A DNA stretch of 64,000 bases. Source: an uncultured Veillonellaceae bacterium. GTDB taxonomy: Bacteria; Bacillota; Negativicutes; UBA1444. This document shows, one piece after another, positions 58,858 to 64,000 of this stretch (position 1 is its first letter; each line of letters opens with the position of its first letter). Under the pieces are notes generated by a model, which saw nothing but the letters and a program-made list of their open reading frames with translations, was not told where the DNA came from and searched no databases. Both the position numbers and the translations under genes were made by a program. Location of the stretch: positions 4,546 through 68,545 of the forward strand of contig CAZFSM010000019.1 of NCBI GenBank assembly GCA_964521625.1. Direction: 5' to 3'.

Positions 58858-59738
58858 GTTTTCGGGTGAAATTTTGGGGTGTTCGCGGGTCACGGGTAGT
58901 GCCAGGTCATAAGACCTTGATTTATGGCGGCAATACGTCCTGCGTTGAAGTGCGATGCGGTTCGCATTTGCTCATTTTGGACGCGGGTAGCGGCATCTGC
59001 GAGCTGATGGAGGAATTGGCGCAGCAGCGGGAGCCGCTTTGCATGGATTTGCTGATTTCCCACATGCATTGGGACCATGTTTTGGGGCTGCCCTTTTTTA
59101 AGCCCTTGTATCAGGCCGATAATTTTATATTTCTGCATGGAGCCAAAGGAACAATCTACGATTTCGATGTCTCACTGCGCAGTCTAATGCGGTATTCCAA
59201 TTTCCCGATCAACTTCGATGATTTGCAAAGTCACAATAGTATCAAGATGCACAAACATGGAACAGTATTTGAACTTCGGGAGGGCTGGGATTCAATACTT
59301 GGGATCGACTATGCGGTTCCGGATATCAAGGTAGCGACGCATGAGAACCGGCATCCCGGCGGTGGGATGGTTTATAAAATAATCTATGGCGGCAAGCAGC
59401 TCTGTTATGTTACGGACACGGAGTGCGCTGCCGATCAAATGCCATTCATTGACTCACTGGTTGGTTTTGTGGCCGGCTGCGATCTACTCATCATGGATGC
59501 CAATTATACGCAAGAAGAATATGAAGGGCGGGTTGGTGGTTCACACAAAAGAGGCTGGGGCCATGCAACCTGGCAAGATTGCGTGGCAGTCGCCAAACGC
59601 TCTGGCGTCAAGCAACTTTGCCTGTTTCACCACGATGCAGAGCGGACGGATGCGCAGCTGGCCAGGATAGAGCAGCAGGCGCAGGCGGAATTCGCAGCAA
59701 CCTTCGCAGCAAAGGAAGGACTGGAGGTGTCGTTATGA
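58854..59738 (+). CDS. MBL-fold metallo-hydrolase (possible cyclic-nucleotide phosphodiesterase)
   Basis: Overlaps the hemerythrin stop (ATGA). HxHxDH motif in LISHMHWDHVLGLPFF plus downstream D/H metal ligands. Confidence 0.75.
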   Translation: MSFRVKFWGVRGSRVVPGHKTLIYGGNTSCVEVRCGSHLLILDAGSGICELMEELAQQREPLCMDLLISHMHWDHVLGLPFFKPLYQADNFIFLHGAKGTIYDFDVSLRSLMRYSNFPINFDDLQSHNSIKMHKHGTVFELREGWDSILGIDYAVPDIKVATHENRHPGGGMVYKIIYGGKQLCYVTDTECAADQMPFIDSLVGFVAGCDLLIMDANYTQEEYEGRVGGSHKRGWGHATWQDCVAVAKRSGVKQLCLFHHDAERTDAQLARIEQQAQAEFAATFAAKEGLEVSL

Positions 59739-61246
59739 GTGCGTATTCTAAAGCAACCGTCGAGGCTGTGAAGGAACTGCTAGATATTGGGATCGCCCTA
59801 TCGGCGGAAAAAAGCAACAAAAAGCTGTTGGAAATGATTCTGAGCGAAGCGCGGCGCATTACACAATGTGACGCGGGCTCCTTGTTTTTGCTGGAAAAGG
59901 ATCAACTCGTGTTTAAAATCATTCAAAACGACAAGCTAAACATTTATCAGGGAGGGTTCGGCGAGAAGATTGATTTACCACCGGTCGACATCGACGCTAC
60001 AACGGTTGCCGGGTATTGCGCACTGAATAAAAAGGTTATCAATATTCCCGATGTGTATTCAGTAAAGCAGAACGGAATTGATTTTTCCGGGCCCCGTCGT
60101 TACGACTCCATTACCGGTTATCATACGAAATCGATGTTGGTTGTGCCGCTGGCAGACAACGAAGGCGAAATCATCGGGGTGGTGCAACTCTTGAATGCCC
60201 AGGATGAACAGGGGCGGGTCATCCCTTTTGCCTGTTATATCGAGCAGGTGGTTTGCTCCATCGCTTCCCAGGCAGCGGTGGCTATCAGCAATATGCGCTA
60301 TGTGAAGGAACTGGACGAGATGCTGCATGCTTTCGTGCGGGTCATTTCCACCGCCATTGACGAGCGTAGCCCTTACAATGCCAACCATACCCGCAATATG
60401 ACCCGGCGTGCGGGGAATTTCGCCCGCTACTTAAAAAAGCAGGGTGTCGTCGACGAACTGTCCGAGGAAGTCATCGAGCAATTGATTATGTCGGCGTGGT
60501 TGCACGATATCGGAAAAATTGCCATTCCGCTGGAAATCATGGACAAGCCGACCCGGTTGAGCGAACACGAGGAATTGCTGTATTGCCGCCTGATGACGAT
60601 TCGCGAGCAACGCAAGGTTCAGCTGATCAAAAAAATAATGAAAGGGGATCAATTGCAGACACCGGCAGGGATAGCCGCATTTTGGAAAGAAATTGCGGAC
60701 ATCGAAGCAGATATGGATTGCATCAATGATTTTTTGGTGGTGGTAAATAATCCGGCTACGGTTGTTGATGCGCAAATGCAACTGAAGATTTCAGAACTGG
60801 CATCGCGGACTTGGTCCCGTGCTGAAGGCAGGGAAGAGCCGTGGTTGTTGCCGGTGGAAATAGAGGCGCTCATGGTGCCGTGCGGAACCCTGACGGAGAA
60901 TGAGCGTCATACGATCGAAAGCCATGTAGGCATTACTCGGAAAATGCTCGACCAAATTCCATTCGGCGCGAAATACTTCTCAGTTCCCGGATGGGCCTGC
61001 GCGCATCATGAACTGATGGACGGCAGTGGATACCCTCGCAAGCTAAAGGCCGACGAATTGCCGATGCCGGTACGAATCCTGACAATTATGGATATCTATG
61101 ATGCGCTGACAGCATGCGATCGTCCGTATCGCAGAGCCCTATCGCCGGAAAAGGCGTTTGCCATTTTGGATGAAATGGCCGGTGCGGGGAAATTGGATAC
61201 AGGATTGGTCAGTTGCTTCAAGGAAAGTCAAATATGGGTGGACTGA
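59735..61246 (+). CDS. GAF-domain HD-GYP phosphodiesterase
   Basis: ATG overlaps the preceding stop (ATGA). N-terminal GAF (DAGSLFLLEKDQLVFK...). HD motif in AWLHDIGKIAIP. GYP motif in HHELMDGSGYPRKL. Confidence 0.85.
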   Translation: MSAYSKATVEAVKELLDIGIALSAEKSNKKLLEMILSEARRITQCDAGSLFLLEKDQLVFKIIQNDKLNIYQGGFGEKIDLPPVDIDATTVAGYCALNKKVINIPDVYSVKQNGIDFSGPRRYDSITGYHTKSMLVVPLADNEGEIIGVVQLLNAQDEQGRVIPFACYIEQVVCSIASQAAVAISNMRYVKELDEMLHAFVRVISTAIDERSPYNANHTRNMTRRAGNFARYLKKQGVVDELSEEVIEQLIMSAWLHDIGKIAIPLEIMDKPTRLSEHEELLYCRLMTIREQRKVQLIKKIMKGDQLQTPAGIAAFWKEIADIEADMDCINDFLVVVNNPATVVDAQMQLKISELASRTWSRAEGREEPWLLPVEIEALMVPCGTLTENERHTIESHVGITRKMLDQIPFGAKYFSVPGWACAHHELMDGSGYPRKLKADELPMPVRILTIMDIYDALTACDRPYRRALSPEKAFAILDEMAGAGKLDTGLVSCFKESQIWVD

Positions 61247-61391
61247 AGATAGTTATGCTTCCCACTACGATGCGCGATGATTAAAAATTGCACCAAATCT
61301 TCTAAAAATTGGTTCAGGAATCATCTGATCGCGCGAGAATTGAAATCATTATCTAAAGATTAGCTTGGTAACTCAGGAGGAGGTTCGCTCT

Positions 61392-63278
61392 ATGCCGGGA
61401 AGTGTTGTCGTCGTTTCCTATGGGGAACTGGCGGTGGTGATCAAACGCTTGGTAGCCACGATAAAGACGGATGTGAATATCGAAACCATTGAAGCGCTCC
61501 AGGATACCGCTGTGACTGCAGCTAAAAATATTGCAGAGCAAAACGATTTCGCCGTTTTCCTTTCCTCCGGCGGCATGTACCGGGCGCTATCACAACACAT
61601 GAGCACTGGACTGCTGGAAATTACCGTGACCGGTTTCGATTTTTTAATGGCTGTTAAAAAAGCAAGCCATATGTTTAAAAAACTGGCTGTCATTCATTAC
61701 ACAATGATGCCTTTTCTGGACGAAATTTTGGATGTATTGGCGGTGCCTGTCAAACAGGTGAAGCTACGCGATCACATGGAATTGGATCAAGTGCTGGAGG
61801 AGTTGAAACAGGAAGGGGTAGAAGCCGTTATTGGCGGCAGTCTGGTTTGCGAAAAAGCGGCGAAGCTCGGTCTTGGCAGCTGCCTGGTCTACTCGACTGA
61901 AAGTGTAATGCGTGCGCTGGATGCTGCTATTGCGGTTGCCCAAACGCGTTTTGCCGAAACGCAAAAAGCCAGAGAGCTTCATGCAATTCTCGATTTTTCT
62001 TACGAAGGAATTGTTGCTGTTGATCGAAATGGATTAATCAAGGCAGTGAATCCAAGCGCGGGGAAAATACTAGGTGTTAACCGGCAGGAAGTTTTGGGAA
62101 GGCATATTGACACTGTGCATCCGGAAATAAAACTTGGACGGGTTCTATCTTCTCGCCGGTCCGAGCTGAATCAGGTGGAGTCGATTGGCGGGACGAAAGT
62201 CATTATTAACCGCATTCCCATCATCATTAAGGAAGAACTGACCGGAGCGTTGGCAACCCTGCATGATGCCGGCTCGATTCAGAAAGCCGAAGCCAAGATT
62301 CGCGAATCATTGCGGCAAAAAAACTTCAGGGCAAAGGTTACCTTTGCTGATATTTTGGGAAAAAGCCCGGCAATTGTGAGAGCGAAAGAGAAGGCGGCTT
62401 TATATGCAAAAACTGATTCGGCCATACTTATTCATGGCGAATCGGGAACCGGCAAGGAATTGTTTGCCCAAGCAATCCACAATGCAAGCCGGCGAGCGCG
62501 GCAGCCATTTGTTGCCGTAAACTGCGCGGCCTTGCCGGAGAACTTGCTTGAAAGCGAATTGTTCGGCTATGAAGAAGGGGCATTCACCGGCGCCCGTAAA
62601 GGCGGAAAAATCGGCATCTTTGAAATTGCTCATCAAGGGACGATTTTTCTGGATGAGATACCAAGTATGCCGTTTCACTTACAGGCCAAACTGCTTCGCG
62701 TGATTCAGGAAAAGGAGATCATGCGTGTTGGCGCCGATTATGTAATTCCGTTGGACGTGAGAATACTGGCAGCAAGTAACCAAGATTTGCGGCAGAATAT
62801 TAAGGCAGGGACTTTTCGCAGTGATTTGTTTTATCGGTTGAGTACGCTGGATATTAAGTTGCCGCCACTGCAGGAAAGACAAGAAGACATTGCTCCGCTG
62901 TTCAGGCATTTTGCGCGGAAGATTCATGCGGGTATCGGTGAACCGATCATCTGCGATCGAATGCTTCGCGCCTTTCACGCTTATGCGTGGCCGGGGAATA
63001 TTCGTGAACTTGCCAATGCTGCTGAAAAATATGTTATTTTAAATGACCCGGAGATTGATCCGGCTGAATTATTGGGGACTGTCGAGTTTTCCAACAGTTT
63101 CGGATCTGGTATGGAGCCCGTAAATCTTAAGTCGATTGGCGAAAACGTTCAGATTCGGATAGTCAATGCACTGGCGCGTGAAGGTGTCGGGCGTGCGGAA
63201 ATTGCAGAGTTGCTTGGTATTAGTCGGACTGGTCTTTGGAAAAAAATCAAGCGACACGAAGAAAAAACATTGGCATGA
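61392..63278 (+). CDS. prpR: Sigma-54-dependent transcriptional activator of the PrpR family (PrpR_N sensor, PAS, AAA+ sigma-54 interaction domain, Fis-type HTH)
   Basis: ATG at 61392, 9 nt after AGGAGGAGG. Walker A GESGTGKE, the GAFTGA motif in the form GAFTGARKGG, a C-terminal HTH (ELLGISRTGLWKKIKRH). The N-terminal ~200 aa resemble the propionate catabolism activator domain. Confidence 0.85.
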   Translation: MPGSVVVVSYGELAVVIKRLVATIKTDVNIETIEALQDTAVTAAKNIAEQNDFAVFLSSGGMYRALSQHMSTGLLEITVTGFDFLMAVKKASHMFKKLAVIHYTMMPFLDEILDVLAVPVKQVKLRDHMELDQVLEELKQEGVEAVIGGSLVCEKAAKLGLGSCLVYSTESVMRALDAAIAVAQTRFAETQKARELHAILDFSYEGIVAVDRNGLIKAVNPSAGKILGVNRQEVLGRHIDTVHPEIKLGRVLSSRRSELNQVESIGGTKVIINRIPIIIKEELTGALATLHDAGSIQKAEAKIRESLRQKNFRAKVTFADILGKSPAIVRAKEKAALYAKTDSAILIHGESGTGKELFAQAIHNASRRARQPFVAVNCAALPENLLESELFGYEEGAFTGARKGGKIGIFEIAHQGTIFLDEIPSMPFHLQAKLLRVIQEKEIMRVGADYVIPLDVRILAASNQDLRQNIKAGTFRSDLFYRLSTLDIKLPPLQERQEDIAPLFRHFARKIHAGIGEPIICDRMLRAFHAYAWPGNIRELANAAEKYVILNDPEIDPAELLGTVEFSNSFGSGMEPVNLKSIGENVQIRIVNALAREGVGRAEIAELLGISRTGLWKKIKRHEEKTLA

Positions 63279-63299
63279 CGTAAACATTTATCAAAACTT

Positions 63300-63364
63300 G
63301 TTAACTATAGTTAACATTTCTAAAATGAAAGGATCGCAAATCTGCTTTAGATATGCGATCCTTT
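63300..63364. promoter_or_regulatory. Two inverted repeats upstream of the sigma-54 promoter. They are candidate enhancer (UAS) sites for the PrpR-like activator.
   Basis: A perfect 16-bp palindrome GTTAACTATAGTTAAC at 63300-63315. A second inverted repeat AAAGGATCGCA-N15-TGCGATCCTTT at 63328-63364. Confidence 0.45.
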
Positions 63365-63369
63365 TGCAT

Positions 63370-63385
63370 TGGCATAATAATTGCA
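63370..63385 (+). promoter_or_regulatory. Sigma-54 (-24/-12) promoter for the downstream prpB-like gene
   Basis: TGGCAT-aataa-TTGCA matches TGGCAC-N5-TTGCW at 15 of 16 positions, with correct GG/GC spacing. It lies about 55 nt upstream of the start codon and directly downstream of the sigma-54 activator gene. Confidence 0.8.
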
Positions 63386-63440
63386 AAAGAAGCTATTCGG
63401 AGTAATTCAAAAAAATTATAGTATGCAAAGAAGGGGTGCG

Positions 63441-64000
63441 ATGATGAGAAAAAGTACGATGTTCAAGCAACTGCTAAACAGCCCCGAGATTTTGGTCATG
63501 CCGGGCGTGCACGATGCATTGAGCGCCAGACTTGCCGAGCAAGCAGGGTTTTCAGCGCTTACCATGGGAGGTTACGGCGTTGCGGCAAGTGTGCTGGGGC
63601 AACCGGATGTTGGCTACTTGACGATGACAGAGATGGTTTATACATTGAAGCGAATTTGTGACGTAACAACATTGCCGCTACTAGCTGATGCCGATACCGG
63701 TTACGGGAACGCAGCCAACGTATTTCGTGTGGTCAAAGAATACGAAGATGCTGGCGCTGCAGCCTTGTTCCTTGAGGATCAGGAGTGGCCCAAACGGTGC
63801 GGTCACATGGAGGGAAAACGGGTCATAAGCATGGAAGAACATATAATGAAAATCAGGGCTGCCGTGGCGGCCAGGCGCGACCCGGATTTTGTCATCATGG
63901 CCAGGACCGATGCACGTTCTGTGCTTGGTTTGGAAGAAGCGATCCGCCGGGGCAATGCCTATGGGGAAGCGGGCGCAGACTTGATTTTTGTCGAAGCGCC
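63441..64000 (+). CDS. prpB: Methylisocitrate lyase / PEP-mutase-isocitrate-lyase superfamily enzyme (PrpB-like). The 3' end lies outside the window.
   Basis: Not in the ORF track because it has no stop within the window. MMRKSTMFKQLL...ILVMPGVHDALSARLAEQAGF...ADADTGYGN...ARTDA is the canonical ICL/PEPM pattern. RBS AAGGGGTG. Confidence 0.8.
   Translation, partial: MMRKSTMFKQLLNSPEILVMPGVHDALSARLAEQAGFSALTMGGYGVAASVLGQPDVGYLTMTEMVYTLKRICDVTTLPLLADADTGYGNAANVFRVVKEYEDAGAAALFLEDQEWPKRCGHMEGKRVISMEEHIMKIRAAVAARRDPDFVIMARTDARSVLGLEEAIRRGNAYGEAGADLIFVEA

Noticed and set aside
1-64000. Looked for rRNA, CRISPR repeats, transposase or integrase genes, phage structural genes, and toxin-antitoxin or restriction-modification-like defence genes
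   Set aside because: None detected by eye. All large ORFs have housekeeping, transport or signalling assignments.

Overview
The window is a 64 kb chromosomal segment from a Firmicutes genome, probably a diderm Negativicutes/Sporomusaceae-like organism. The lineage call rests on T-box and PyrR attenuation, CcpN, dnaG-sigA-trmK-nif3 synteny, an LptA/OstA-like lipoprotein and a type-III glutamine synthetase. Gene density is high. The housekeeping core is: glyQS behind a Gly T-box leader; ppsA-ccpN-PEP synthase regulatory protein; dnaG-sigA, then a tRNA-Asn/Met/Glu cluster, then trmK-nif3; feoAB; pyrKDFE behind a PyrR-type attenuator; typA; a liv ABC operon; glnA (GSIII) behind a promoter followed by a terminator-like attenuator hairpin; a heterodimeric ABC exporter; and tRNA-Val. 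Interspersed is an unusual number of signal-transduction genes: a dCache MCP, a Cache-GAF-PAS-PP2C membrane phosphatase, a PAS-GGDEF protein, a 1191-aa soluble hybrid histidine kinase carrying a recent 435-bp tandem duplication of a PAS module, and a four-gene cassette of Cache-HAMP class III nucleotide cyclase, hemerythrin, MBL-fold hydrolase and GAF-HD-GYP. A prpR-type sigma-54 activator is followed by palindromic upstream sites, a near-consensus sigma-54 promoter and a prpB-like gene. An aminotransferase-dicarboxylate symporter-aspartate dehydrogenase-like operon sits on the minus strand with a divergent LysR regulator. I found no transposase, integrase, phage genes, CRISPR array or rRNA. 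The most notable unexplained items are the secreted tandem-domain protein at 31776-32765, the cyclase/hemerythrin/MBL/HD-GYP cassette, the sigma-A gene with a ~230-aa insertion, and a decayed low-coding patch next to tRNA-Val.
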